This document shows positions 21,240 through 31,207 of a stretch of 64,000 nt of DNA, in pieces. Positions within the stretch are counted from its first letter, which is position 1. The number at the start of each line of letters is the position of its first letter. The notes under the pieces were generated by a model, which saw only the letters and a list, made by a program, of their open reading frames with translations, did not search any database and was not told where the DNA came from. The DNA is from Vicinamibacteria bacterium. GTDB taxonomy: Bacteria > Acidobacteriota > Vicinamibacteria > Marinacidobacterales > Marinacidobacteraceae. The stretch lies in contig OY821641.1 in NCBI GenBank assembly GCA_963555995.3, forward strand, positions 2,688,001 through 2,752,000. Reading direction: 5' to 3'. A program made the position numbers and the translations under genes.

Positions 21240-23344
21240 TGCGGCCGGCTCTCCCGGCTTCCCGCCGCCGGTTCCCCGGGGGGCGGGGTCCCCGCCGTCC
21301 GGGCGGCCGGGGCCGTCCCGGACGCCGTCGGATCGGGGGCCTCCGTCATCCTCACCCGCGAGGCGACGAGGTCGCGCGCCGGGGCTTCGGGTCCCGCCGC
21401 GGCCTTCGAGCTCCGCGGAGCGGACGCGACCCGGATGCGCCGCGTGCGGGCGAACGGACGGCCTCCCCGGCCCGAACGGACCAGGCGCTCCGTTCCCCGG
21501 CCGGTCCTCCGGTACCGCCAGAGCACCCGGTCGGCGATCCTGCCGAAGACGGCCGCGGCGCCCGTCCCGCTGTGATGGGGCTTCCGCACGTCGAGGATCA
21601 CCACCCCGGTGAAGATCGGATCGCGGGCGGGTGCGAAGCCGGCGAAGGAGGCGGTGTAGTCGGTCTCCGAGTAGCCGCCCGCCTCCGCCTTCTGGGCGGT
21701 CCCCGTCTTCCCCGCGATCGAGAAACCGTCCACGGCCGCATTGCGGCCGGTCCCGTCGAGGACGGCGCCGGCGAGAAGTTGACCCACTCGGGCGGCCGTC
21801 ATCGGGCTGATGACCCGCGGGCCGTCGTCCGGCGGTCGGACCTCTCCGCCGATCTCCCGGATCAGGCGAAGGGGCGCCCGGACTCCCCCCGTCGCGATGG
21901 CGTTCACTCCCCGAACGAGCTGGACCGGAGTCACCGCGATCCCGTGACCGAAGGAAACCGTCGCGAGCCGGATCGGCCGCCAGACGCCCTTCGCCGGGAC
22001 GATGCCGCGACTCTCCGCCCCGAGGGGCAGCCCGGTGAGCTCGCCGAACCCGAAGGCGTGCAGATACCCGTGCAGGGTTTCCGAGCCGAGCCGGTCGGCG
22101 ACCTGCAGCGTGCCGATGTTGGAAGACTGCTGGATGACGCCGGCGAAGGTGAGCGGCCCGAGCGGCTTCCAGTCCCGCACGGTCCGCCGGCCGATGCGGT
22201 AGCTGCCGTCGAAGGTCTCGAACTCCTCCTCCTCGTCCGTCACGCCCTCCTCGAGCGCCGCCGCCGCGGTGAAGATCTTGAAGACCGATCCCGGTTCGTA
22301 GGGGTCCGTGATGCTCCGGTTGGCCAGGGTCGCCGCCGGAAACTCGCGGGCCCGGTTGGCATCGAAGGAGGGCGCGCTGGCCATGGCCAGCACCTCGCCG
22401 GTCCGGGGCTCCACGAGGATCACGGCCCCCGACGCCGCGGGCGTCTCGACGACGGCCCGCGCGAGTTCCTCTTCGGCAACGGCCTGCAGATAGGAATCAA
22501 TGGTCAGCTCGATGTCGGCGCCCGGCCGCGATGCGCGCACCACCCGGCTTCCCCGTCCGGTGCGCCGGCCGTCGGTCCAGACGGTGCGCCGTCCCGGTTC
22601 TCCGCGCAGGACCTCGTCGAGGGCGAACTCGACGCCGCCCAACCCGTCGCCGTCGGCCCCGACGAAGCCCAGGACGTGCGCGGCGAGTTCCGCACCGGGA
22701 TAGAAGCGGCCGAACTCCTCGATGGTCCCGACGGGAAACCCGGTCTCGCGGGCGCACGCGACCTGCTCCGCGGTGGCCTTCTGCTTGAGCCAGGAGAAGC
22801 GCGAGTCCCGCCGCAACCGGCGCTCGACGAGCGCCCTCGGCGCCTCCAGGCACGCCGCCAGGCGCTCCGCCGCTGCCGGAATCGTGGCTGCCGGGTAGTC
22901 GGGAGGGACCACGTACACCGAGTCCACCGCGACGGTCAGCGCCAGCGGCCGTCCGTTCCGGTCGTAGATCCTTCCCCGGAACGGCGGGATGGTGAGTTCG
23001 TGCTGGTGCTGACTCTCGGCCCGGCGCACCATGGTCTCGTGGTCGAGGACCTGGATCTGGACGAGTTGACCCAGGATCAGCGCCCCCCACACCCCGATCA
23101 GGACCACGCCCACCATCACCCGCCGGCGCAGTTCCGCCCTCCCTCCGTTTTCCGGCGATCCGGCGCCGCCCGGCGCCCGCGTCGGCTCGGGCGCCGCGGC
23201 CGGCGCGGGTTCGCGGTGGCGCCTCGGTTTGCGCGAAGACCCCCGAGCGGCCGTCTTGAGCAGCGGCGCCGGCAGATCGGGGAAGAGGCTGTTGGGAGGA
23301 GGCTTCCAGCCGCCCGGGCTCGGCCTCTTGCGCGCGGCGCTCAT
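21236..23344 (-). CDS. ftsI: Class B penicillin-binding protein FtsI/PBP3
   Basis: RGRIYDRNG, EPGSVFK (SxxK), SSN, KTGT; TM anchor. Confidence 0.94.
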   Translation of the reverse strand: MSAARKRPSPGGWKPPPNSLFPDLPAPLLKTAARGSSRKPRRHREPAPAAAPEPTRAPGGAGSPENGGRAELRRRVMVGVVLIGVWGALILGQLVQIQVLDHETMVRRAESQHQHELTIPPFRGRIYDRNGRPLALTVAVDSVYVVPPDYPAATIPAAAERLAACLEAPRALVERRLRRDSRFSWLKQKATAEQVACARETGFPVGTIEEFGRFYPGAELAAHVLGFVGADGDGLGGVEFALDEVLRGEPGRRTVWTDGRRTGRGSRVVRASRPGADIELTIDSYLQAVAEEELARAVVETPAASGAVILVEPRTGEVLAMASAPSFDANRAREFPAATLANRSITDPYEPGSVFKIFTAAAALEEGVTDEEEEFETFDGSYRIGRRTVRDWKPLGPLTFAGVIQQSSNIGTLQVADRLGSETLHGYLHAFGFGELTGLPLGAESRGIVPAKGVWRPIRLATVSFGHGIAVTPVQLVRGVNAIATGGVRAPLRLIREIGGEVRPPDDGPRVISPMTAARVGQLLAGAVLDGTGRNAAVDGFSIAGKTGTAQKAEAGGYSETDYTASFAGFAPARDPIFTGVVILDVRKPHHSGTGAAAVFGRIADRVLWRYRRTGRGTERLVRSGRGGRPFARTRRIRVASAPRSSKAAAGPEAPARDLVASRVRMTEAPDPTASGTAPAARTAGTPPPGEPAAGSRESRPQ

Positions 23345-23727
23345 CGCGTGGCCGGACTCCCGGGATCCGGACCGGCCCCCTCCGGCGCGTCCGGCGTCTC
23401 GAGGATCACCCGCTCCCCCGCCGGCTCCAGTCCATGGGTTTCGCGGGCGAGCCGCTCGACGGAGCTCGGGTCGGTGAGCTCGCTCAACTCCAGCCGGTAG
23501 CGCTCGATGTCCTTTTCGAGCCGGTCCCGCTCGAGACGGAGTTCCTCGACGCGGTAGCCGAGCCGAACGGTCTCGAGGTACGGCCAGGTGGCGGCCACCG
23601 CCGCCGCCAGCGCGAAGATCCCGATGGCGAGATAGAGGAGAAGCTGCGCGTAGCGCCGGCGGTCGAGTTTCCGGTGCAGCCACTGGTTGTCCGGGCGGTA
23701 GCTGACCTCGAAGCCCTCCGGAGTCAT
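23341..23727 (-). CDS. ftsL: Cell division protein FtsL
   Basis: One TM plus leucine-zipper coiled coil, VERLAR; between rsmH and ftsI. Confidence 0.85.
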   Translation of the reverse strand: MTPEGFEVSYRPDNQWLHRKLDRRRYAQLLLYLAIGIFALAAAVAATWPYLETVRLGYRVEELRLERDRLEKDIERYRLELSELTDPSSVERLARETHGLEPAGERVILETPDAPEGAGPDPGSPATR

Positions 23728-24656
23728 CGTCGGGTCTCCTCATCACGGGCCGCCGTGGACGCGCTCGCTCCGGTGCGGCGCAGGATCCGCAGGCAGGCGC
23801 TCCGGGACCGGCGGTTGGCGTCCGACTCGGCCTCGTCCGGACGGATGGGCCGCCGCGTCCCCAGCGCGAACCCGGACTGGGCGGCGAGCCGCCGGAAGGC
23901 GTGCTTGACGGGACGGTCTTCCCCGGAGTGGTAGGAGATGACCGCCAGGACGCCGGCTTCCCGGAGCCGCGCGGGCGCTGTGTGCAGGGCGGCGGCGAGG
24001 GCCTGCGGTTCGCGATTCACCGCCGAGCGCACCGCGAGAAAGGTCCGGGTGGCGGGATCAATCCGTCCCCGGCGGGGTCCGACGGCGGCGATCACGGCGG
24101 CGCGCAGGTCTCCGGTGGTGCGAAGCGGCCGGCGGGCGGCGATCCGCCGGGCGATGGCGCGGGACCGCCGTTCCCCGATCCCGAAGAGCAGGTCCGCGAT
24201 CTCGCGCTCGTCGAGCCGGTCGAGCAACTCGGCCGCCGTCTCCCCCGAACTCGGGTCGTAGCGCATGTCCAGCGGGCCGTCGTGGCGGAGCGCGAAGCCG
24301 CGTTCCGGCGTCTCAAGTTGCGGGCTGGAGAGGCCGAGGTCGAGGAGGATGCCGTCCACCCGGTCCCAACCCGCCGCGTCGAGGGCCGGCCCGAGTTCGG
24401 CGAAGTCCGCTGGGAAGAAGCGGAAGCGGGGCTCGCGGGCGGCGAGCGCGGTTGCGGCGGGCGCCGCCGCGGGGTCCTTGTCGAGGCCGAGCACGAGGGC
24501 GCCGGGGGCGGCCTCCAGAATCGCCTCGCTGTGGCCGCCGCGTCCGAACGTGGCGTCGAGGTATCGCCCGCCCGGGCGGGGAGCCAGCCAGCGCACGACC
24601 GTGTCCCGCAGGACCGGGACGTGGACTGGCGGCTTCGGCAGCTTCGGCGCGGTCAT
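23724..24656 (-). CDS. rsmH: 16S rRNA C1402 N4-methyltransferase
   Basis: HVPVL, DATFGRGGHS, DLGLSSPQL, GPLDMR, ISYHSGEDR. Confidence 0.96.
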   Translation of the reverse strand: MTAPKLPKPPVHVPVLRDTVVRWLAPRPGGRYLDATFGRGGHSEAILEAAPGALVLGLDKDPAAAPAATALAAREPRFRFFPADFAELGPALDAAGWDRVDGILLDLGLSSPQLETPERGFALRHDGPLDMRYDPSSGETAAELLDRLDEREIADLLFGIGERRSRAIARRIAARRPLRTTGDLRAAVIAAVGPRRGRIDPATRTFLAVRSAVNREPQALAAALHTAPARLREAGVLAVISYHSGEDRPVKHAFRRLAAQSGFALGTRRPIRPDEAESDANRRSRSACLRILRRTGASASTAARDEETRR

Positions 24657-24770
24657 CTCAGGACGGGTCCACGAGGAGGGTTGCGCCCGGAGCAACGGGA
24701 GCGGGAAGCGGGGCGGCGCCGAGCGGGGAGCGGGGTAGGGCTGAGCGAACATGGCTGCCGGAATCCGCCG

Positions 24771-25208
24771 TCAGATTTCCTCCTCCGCCAGGGCCGCCAA
24801 CTCATCGTCGGTGATCGGATCGGCCTCGATGTCGGCGTCGAGGCGCTCGTGATCCCAGACATGGAGATAGCGCCCGTGCCCCAGCACGTCCACCTTGCCC
24901 ACGGTGTTGGCCTTGGTCCGGGTCTGCTGCGGCAGCAGGATCCGGTTCTGGCGGTCCAGCTCGGCGACCTGCCCGTAGTAGCTGGTGACCTTCAGGAACT
25001 TCCGCCGGTTCGGGTCCAGTTCACCGCGGGCCAGATTCCGGGACTCGATCTCTTCCCAGACCGTCATGGGGAAGATGGCGACGCAGTCGCCCTTGAAACT
25101 GGTCACGAAGACCTGCGTGCCGAACTTCTTCAGGGTGGCGAGGAACGCGGCCGGAACCTTCAACCTCCCCTTGGCGTCCACGGTGGCGGGGTGGTTGCCG
25201 CGAAACAC
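24771..25208 (-). CDS. mraZ: dcw cluster repressor MraZ
   Basis: MFRG...DAKGRLKVP and DRQNRILLP SpoVT-AbrB repeats. Confidence 0.95.
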   Translation of the reverse strand: MFRGNHPATVDAKGRLKVPAAFLATLKKFGTQVFVTSFKGDCVAIFPMTVWEEIESRNLARGELDPNRRKFLKVTSYYGQVAELDRQNRILLPQQTRTKANTVGKVDVLGHGRYLHVWDHERLDADIEADPITDDELAALAEEEI

Positions 25209-25312
25209 GAGGTCTGAGGGGCGTGGGGGCGGGTGTGGTTCCCTCCCTGCCCACTCCGAGGCCTGAGTCTGGATCCAAGAGCTGAATGAGAAGGAAGGTT
25301 CGCCCTATTTAA

Positions 25313-25367
25313 CCACTTCCACCCACAAATTTCCACAAGCAAAACAATCCCCACCACCCCCGCCCAC
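25313..25367 (-). promoter_or_regulatory. Putative MraZ operator / dcw promoter
   Basis: GTGG direct repeats on the minus strand at 10-bp period (CCAC at 25313, 25323, 25333; also 25354, 25364) in an AT-richer patch upstream of mraZ, as known for MraZ boxes. Confidence 0.75.
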
Positions 25368-25380
25368 GACGCCCCCTCTC

Positions 25381-25615
25381 GGAGCGCCGGCCCTCCGGCC
25401 GGCACCGACCGCCACGAGGCGGTCGAAACCGCACCCCGCTCCCCGTCCAAACGGCGGAACCCGCCGGGAACGCCGGTCTTCAGACCGGCACCCGCTGCGC
25501 GCAGCGCAGCGGAACCGCACCCCTCCACCTACCCGGATCACGCACCCGGCTCGGAGCGCCGGCCTCTGGCCGGCATCGACCGCCGCCAGGCGGTCGAAAC
25601 CGCACCCCGCTCCCC
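25381..25615 (+). repeat. Three tandem REP-like units, 86-bp period
   Basis: GGA(G/A)CGCCGG-loop-CCGGCA at 25381, 25467, 25553, each followed by a second hairpin and AACCGCACCCC. Confidence 0.82.
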
Positions 25616-25626
25616 GCGGAACGCCC

Positions 25627-26691
25627 CTACCCCACGTTGAACCGGATCAACAGCACATCCCCGTCCTGCACCCGATAGTCCTTCCCCTCCAGCCGCAGCG
25701 CCCCCTGCTTCCGCGCCGCATCCCACGACCCGCATTCGACCAGGGCGTCGTAGGAGACCACCTCGGCCCGGATGAACCCCCGCGCCATGTCCGTGTGGAT
25801 CCCGCCCGCGACGTCCTGGGCGCGCGTGTTGCGGCGGAACAACCAGGCGCGGGCCTCGTTCTCGGCTGCCGTGTAGAACGTGCCGTTGTCCATCAACTCG
25901 AAGATGGCCCGGACGACCCGCTCGGCGGCGCCGGCCTCGACTCCCAGATCCCGCCGGAACTCCACCGCGTCCTCCTCGGGCAACTCGGCGATCTCGGCTT
26001 CGATCCGGGCGGAGATGGTCGCCAGCTTCGTCTCGGGGCGCGAGGACGGGGTTTCGAGCCCCGCCCAACGACCCGGGTCCCGGCCCGCCTCCTCTTCGCC
26101 GACGTTCACCACCACGAGGTGCGGTTTGGCGCTCATCAGCCCGTAGCCCACGAGCCGTCTCCGGTCGTCGCGGGAGAGCGCCTCGCGCAGCGGAACCTCC
26201 CGCTCCACCTCCCGTCGCGCCCGGTCCAGCAGGTCCCGCTCGCCCCGCACGGCCTCCGGCTTTCCCCGCGCCCGGTCGTAGTCGAGCCGGGCGATCCGCT
26301 TCTCGAGGACCGCGAGATCGGTGAGGAGCAGCTCCAGTTCCAGGTTCACCGCGTCCCGCCCCGGATCCACCGAATCGAACGGCGACGGAACCGTCGGGTC
26401 CTCGAACCCCCGCGCGACGTGCACGACGGCGTCCACGTCCCGAAGCGCCGCCAGGTTCTCCGTCTGGCCCCGCGCGCCCCGCCGGAGCGCGGGGATCAGC
26501 ACCACCTCCACGGTGGCGGGGACGATCTTCCGGGAGTCGTGGAGCCGCGCCACGATGTCCAGCCGCTCGTCAGGGACCGCCAGCACCCCCCGCCGGGCGC
26601 CCGCCGCGTAGCCCGCCTGGGCCACCCGGGTCAGGAGGGAGAACAGGGTCTTCTTGCCGGCAGCGGCGAAGCCAACGATTCCGGCGCGCAC
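25627..26691 (-). CDS. ychF: YchF-family (OBG) ATPase, DUF933 C-terminus
   Basis: P-loop GFAAAGKKT, AGGIHTDMARGFIRAEV, LEGKDYRVQDGDV; motifs somewhat diverged. Confidence 0.9.
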   Translation of the reverse strand: MRAGIVGFAAAGKKTLFSLLTRVAQAGYAAGARRGVLAVPDERLDIVARLHDSRKIVPATVEVVLIPALRRGARGQTENLAALRDVDAVVHVARGFEDPTVPSPFDSVDPGRDAVNLELELLLTDLAVLEKRIARLDYDRARGKPEAVRGERDLLDRARREVEREVPLREALSRDDRRRLVGYGLMSAKPHLVVVNVGEEEAGRDPGRWAGLETPSSRPETKLATISARIEAEIAELPEEDAVEFRRDLGVEAGAAERVVRAIFELMDNGTFYTAAENEARAWLFRRNTRAQDVAGGIHTDMARGFIRAEVVSYDALVECGSWDAARKQGALRLEGKDYRVQDGDVLLIRFNVG

Positions 26692-26882
26692 GGGCGGGAA
26701 ATCTACCTCCCATCGGGTGAGTCACGGCGTATTCGATCTACGACAGTCCACGTCACTCAGGTGCGGTAGGCTCCGTTCATGGCCAAGGTCGGGGGCAACC
26801 GAACCCCTTCCGTTGAGCGGCCCGTAGCGCCTACGGGCTGCGGGGCCTTCCACTTCGCGTGCCCCCGGACGGGTAGGAACCC

Positions 26883-27917
26883 ATGAGCCCGCACGCGGCG
26901 AAAGCAACGCTTCCGAGCCCCGAGCCGGTCTCTGACGCTCTGGGGGCCTTCGTCCCGAAGCCCTTCCGGCATCTTCGGGACCCGTCGCGGGACCTGCCGC
27001 GGATCGCCAAGGACGTACGGGCGATGGCCGCCATCGAATCCGCGGTCGCCCAGGTTCCCACGAAGCACCGTCTCCTGCTGGGTGATGCGCGAGGCGCCGA
27101 CCTCCCGGCCGAATCGGTGCATCTGGTGCTCACCTCCCCCCCGTACTGGACCCTCAAGGAATACCGCCGTTCGGAGGGGCAACTGGGCTGGATCGAGGAC
27201 TACGAGGCCTTTCTGGATCAACTGGACCAGGTGTGGCGGCGGTGCCAGACCGCCCTGGTTCCGGGTGGACGATTGATCTGCGTCGTCGGCGATGTGTGCC
27301 TATCGCGGCGCAAGAACCAAGGCCGGCACACCGTGGTACCGCTCCACGCGTCCATTCAGGAACGGTGTCGTTCTCTCGGATTCGACAACCTCGCGCCGAT
27401 CCTCTGGCACAAGATCGCGAACGCGGCGCACGAGGTGAATCGGGGTTCGGGTGGTTTCCTGGGGAAGCCGTACGAGCCGAACGCCGTAATCAAGAACGAC
27501 ATCGAGTTCATCCTCATGCAGCGGAAGGCCGGCGGCTATCGGAAGCCCACCCTCTCGGCGCGGACGCTCAGCGTTCTCGGCGAGGCGCGCTTCCGTCAAT
27601 CGTTCCGGCAGGTGTGGACCGACATCGCGGGTGCCTCAACCCGGGACCACCCCGCGCCCTATCCGGTCACGCTCGCCGAGCGCCTCATCCGAATGTTCAG
27701 TTTCGTCGGCGACACTGTGCTCGATCCCTTTACCGGCACGGCCTCCACCCAGATCGCCGCCTCTCGATCCGGCCGCAATTCGGTCGGGATCGAAGTGGAC
27801 ACCGTGTACTTCGAGAGAGCGTTCTTCCGTTTGCGGAATGAGACAAACCGGCTCCTGAGCACCGCCGAGGTCACCCGTGGTGACCTCCGTGCCGTAGCGA
27901 CGAATCCCGAAAGTTAG
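26883..27917 (+). CDS. Site-specific DNA methyltransferase, beta class (N4-C/N6-A)
   Basis: TSPPY catalytic motif precedes HPAPYP and VLDPFTGTAST SAM-binding motif. Confidence 0.92.
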   Translation: MSPHAAKATLPSPEPVSDALGAFVPKPFRHLRDPSRDLPRIAKDVRAMAAIESAVAQVPTKHRLLLGDARGADLPAESVHLVLTSPPYWTLKEYRRSEGQLGWIEDYEAFLDQLDQVWRRCQTALVPGGRLICVVGDVCLSRRKNQGRHTVVPLHASIQERCRSLGFDNLAPILWHKIANAAHEVNRGSGGFLGKPYEPNAVIKNDIEFILMQRKAGGYRKPTLSARTLSVLGEARFRQSFRQVWTDIAGASTRDHPAPYPVTLAERLIRMFSFVGDTVLDPFTGTASTQIAASRSGRNSVGIEVDTVYFERAFFRLRNETNRLLSTAEVTRGDLRAVATNPES

Positions 27918-29432
27918 CAGCCTGTGGTGAAACTCCGCTGGGCGGGATTGAGTGCGCTGGCGGGGCTTCGTAGAATTTTCGCATGGCTATGGGACGTCGC
28001 GGGACGCGGCGGCAAGGGTTGTGGATTGCGACCGGGGCGCTGCCTCGGAGCAAGGGGGATCCGTTTTACGAGCGTCTGAATAAGGTTCTCGGGGGGGATC
28101 GCTTTGACGAGTATGTGGAGGAGCGGTGTGAGCGTCACTACGCGCCGGACGGTCGTCCTGGGCTTGCGCCTGGGCGGTATTTCCGCTGCCTTCTGATCGG
28201 GTATTTCGAGGGTCTGGACTCGGAGCGATTGATCGCGTGGCGGGTGAACGACTCCCGCAGCCTGTTGCGGTTCCTGGGTTACGGGCCGGCGGACAGCGGG
28301 CCGGATCATTCGACGATTTCGCGGACGCGCCGTCGGGTGAGTGAGGAGACGCACGCGGAGGTGTTCGGCTGGGTTGTGGAGCGGGTGAAGCGAGCGGGGC
28401 TTCTGCGGGGGGATGCGCTGGGGGTGGATACGACGACGCTGATGGCGAACGCCTCGATGCGGAAGATCGTGCGACGGGACAGCGGGGAGGGCTACCGGGA
28501 GTATGTGAGGAGGTTGATGGAGGAGTCGGGGATCGAGGCTCCGACGTTGGAGGAGTTGGCGCGCTACGACCGGACGCGGAAGAAGCGGTTGTCGAACGGC
28601 GACTGGGCGCATCCGGTGGACCCCGAGGCCCGCATCAGTCGGCTGAAGGATGGCCGGACGCGGATGGGGTACAAGGCGGAGCACGCCGTGGACCTGGCGA
28701 GTGGCGCGATCGCGGCGGTGACGGTCCAACCCGGGGACCGCGGGGACACCAAGACCCTGCCGCAGACCCTGGACGAAGCGGAGAAGCATGTGGGGGCCGG
28801 GGCGGCGGAGGCTGAAACGCCGGGGAAGCCAACGGCTTGCCGGAAGGAGGGGAAGCCCCGGTCCTTGGTGTGTGACAAGGGGTATCACAGCGATGCGGTG
28901 ATCGAGCAGACGCGGGAGCGTGGTTACCGTTCGTACATCGCGGAGCCGAAGCGCGGGCGTCGTCGCTGGCGGGGTCGAGAGTCCCTGCGTCGCGCGACAT
29001 ACGGCAACCGTCGGCGGGTTCGTGGAAATCGCGGCACCCGGCTGCGAAGACGGCGCCACGAACTGACGGAGCGTTCCTTCGCGCACTGCTACGAGACCGG
29101 CGGGATGCGCCGGGTGTGGTTGCGGGGCAGTGGGAACATTCGAAAACGTCTGCTGATCCACACCGCTGGCTTCAATCTGTCGCTGCTCATGCGGCGCCTG
29201 ACCGGGATCGGGAAACCAAAGGGCCTCCAGAACCGGAACATGGAGGCCATGCAGCGCCACTTGTCGCCCGGACGGGCCTCCCTGTGGCGCATCGTGCACC
29301 TCTGGCGCCGTTGTCCGACCGCGATCCTCGTTCTCTTGACCGAACCCCCGTCCTGGCCGTGTCTCCACGAGCAGAAGCTCGACGCTCATTCCCGACGGAA
29401 TCCGCCGTGAACGCCACTTTCACCACAGGCTG
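27918..29432 (+). mobile_element. Intact 1515-bp IS (IS1182/IS5-like)
   Basis: Perfect 15-bp TIR CAGCCTGTGGTGAAA / TTTCACCACAGGCTG; TTAG duplicated at 27914-27917 and 29433-29436; single transposase ORF. Confidence 0.93.
27983..29410 (+). CDS. DDE transposase (DUF772 + DDE, IS1182/IS5-like)
   Basis: SERLIAW, PDHSTISR, VDTT...ANAS, DPEA...GYK, DKGY, ERSFAH. Confidence 0.92.
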   Translation: MAMGRRGTRRQGLWIATGALPRSKGDPFYERLNKVLGGDRFDEYVEERCERHYAPDGRPGLAPGRYFRCLLIGYFEGLDSERLIAWRVNDSRSLLRFLGYGPADSGPDHSTISRTRRRVSEETHAEVFGWVVERVKRAGLLRGDALGVDTTTLMANASMRKIVRRDSGEGYREYVRRLMEESGIEAPTLEELARYDRTRKKRLSNGDWAHPVDPEARISRLKDGRTRMGYKAEHAVDLASGAIAAVTVQPGDRGDTKTLPQTLDEAEKHVGAGAAEAETPGKPTACRKEGKPRSLVCDKGYHSDAVIEQTRERGYRSYIAEPKRGRRRWRGRESLRRATYGNRRRVRGNRGTRLRRRRHELTERSFAHCYETGGMRRVWLRGSGNIRKRLLIHTAGFNLSLLMRRLTGIGKPKGLQNRNMEAMQRHLSPGRASLWRIVHLWRRCPTAILVLLTEPPSWPCLHEQKLDAHSRRNPP

Positions 29433-29443
29433 TTAGTGGCTCT

Positions 29444-30049
29444 GTGATTTCGTGGCGCGACGCCGTGCGCGACCTGTATCGGATCGCCGTGACGGAGGGC
29501 AAATCGACGTCCACCGTCCGCCTTGATTCACTGGCCGAATTCTGTGTCCAGGAACTGAGCGGACGTGGCCTGCGAGATGTCCAGAAGGAGGTCGAGATCC
29601 CCGGGGCCGGGAGAACGAAGAAATGGGACGTGGCGTGGGAGTACGACGGGAAGCACCGGTTGGGAATCTCGCTCAAGTCGCTGCTGAAGAACCTCGGAGG
29701 AACCGTTCCGAACCGGATTGATGATTTGATCGGTGAAGTCGCGAACGCGCAGTTGCATTCGCCTGAGATCGCGATCGGCTACGTAATGATCTTCAACGTC
29801 GCCGAGGACCAGTTTTCTCCGAAGCATGATTCGACATGGTTCGAACTTCTGGAGAGCCGTCTGAACTCGCTATCGGGCCGACGCTCGCCGTCGTGGACAA
29901 CGGGAACGGTGGAGGATTTCGTTCTGGTCAAGGTTGACTTCAGTCAGCGTGCCTCCATCTTGTCCACCTCGAAATCGTTCGATGCGTTCTTCGACACCTT
30001 GGCGGCACAGGTTGTGGCAAGGAATCCCAATGCCATGCGGAACCGTTGA
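29444..30049 (+). CDS. Putative type II restriction endonuclease (PD-(D/E)xK; XhoI/PaeR7I-like)
   Basis: KKWDV...ISLKS...NRIDDLIGE pattern; only 7 bp from the MTase stop if the IS is removed. Family assignment tentative. Confidence 0.65.
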   Translation: MISWRDAVRDLYRIAVTEGKSTSTVRLDSLAEFCVQELSGRGLRDVQKEVEIPGAGRTKKWDVAWEYDGKHRLGISLKSLLKNLGGTVPNRIDDLIGEVANAQLHSPEIAIGYVMIFNVAEDQFSPKHDSTWFELLESRLNSLSGRRSPSWTTGTVEDFVLVKVDFSQRASILSTSKSFDAFFDTLAAQVVARNPNAMRNR

Positions 30050-30140
30050 GTCGGAAGCTACAGCGCCCTAGGACATCCAGCGCAGTTCCTCACATGCTAG
30101 GCTGGCCGACTGATCGACGATAACGTCCTCCTTGCACAAC

Positions 30141-30430
30141 TAGTGTCATGTCATACGTGATGTGTCGTATATCGTGATAGTCTCCACGTCCGTCCGGCAC
30201 GGGCGAGGAGGCCACCATGAAGCGTTACGTGGTGACATTGGAGAAACAGGAGCGGGAGGCACTCGAGGCGATCACGCGCAAGGGCTCACATCAATCGCAG
30301 AAGGTGATCAACGCTCTGATCCTGCTCAACTGCGACGAGGGGGAGTACAACCCGCACCGCATGCGTGGGGAGGTGATCGCCGAGGTGCTGCGCATCAGTG
30401 CGCGCAAGGTGGACCGGGTGAAGCGGCGCC
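30141..30430 (+). pseudogene. IS630-family remnant (left end plus N-terminal HTH, truncated)
   Basis: TA-GTGTCATGTCA end; ORF from 30217 MKRYVVTLEKQEREAL...IAEVLRISARKVDRVKRR typical of IS630 N-termini; broken at about 30430. Confidence 0.75.
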
Positions 30431-31021
30431 AATACTCCCGATAACCCTCCCCCGTGTCCCGACGCACGATCCCCCGCATCGAGGCGTTCGCCAGCAACGT
30501 CGTCCCGTCCACCCGCGTCTTGCCCCGCAGCAACCCCGCCTCCTCCAAACGACGCAGCACCCACACGAGAACCTCCCCGTGCGCCTCCGCCGATATCCGA
30601 CGCCGCGTCTTCGACAACGTCGAATGATCCGGACACCGATCCGTCAGCGCCAAACCCAGGAACTTCCGCAGACTCAGCGAGTCCGCAAGACGCCACGCTA
30701 TCTGACGCTCCGAATCGCACCCCTCGAAATCCCACCAACAGCAACCGGAAATAGTGCCCCGGCGCCAACCCCGGACGACCCAGCCGCGGGGCGTAGAACT
30801 CCCGGCAGATCCCTTCCGCATACGCGTCGAAGCCCGCCTCGTCCAGCAGACCGTTCAACCGTTCGTAGAACGGATCGCCCTCACTCCGGGGCAGCTGAGA
30901 AGGCAATATCCACAACCGCCCCTGCTGTCCAACACTGCGGTGTCCCATGGCCATGCCCGCCATCGTAGGACAGCCCCAAAGTGACATCAATGGCCCCGGC
31001 CACGACTTTGGCCACAGGCCG
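30430..31021 (-). pseudogene. Truncated, frameshifted paralog of the IS1182/IS5-like element
   Basis: Left TIR variant CGGCCTGTGGCCAAA flanked by CTAG; two frames give GDPFYERLN...GRPGLAPG and SERQIAW...PDHSTLSK...ANASM; 1-bp deletion near 30733. Confidence 0.88.
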
Positions 31022-31207
31022 CTAGGGCGCGACTGATCTCTACGGAAAGATTTTCGGTAGCAGCGCCACGCGCCTCTCGGTCCTAGCGGGGCACCTCGCG
31101 GACCAAGCTATCCACCGAGTCTCCGGTGACGAAGTCCCAGTGTTCAGGACGCCTGCTCCCTCGACTCACTCTCGGACGGCCGCCACTGCCTTCCGAACGT
31201 ATGGGCA

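Noticed and set aside
27914-29389. 491-aa antisense ORF spanning the IS
   Set aside because: Lies opposite the transposase with no recognisable domain; probably a shadow ORF.
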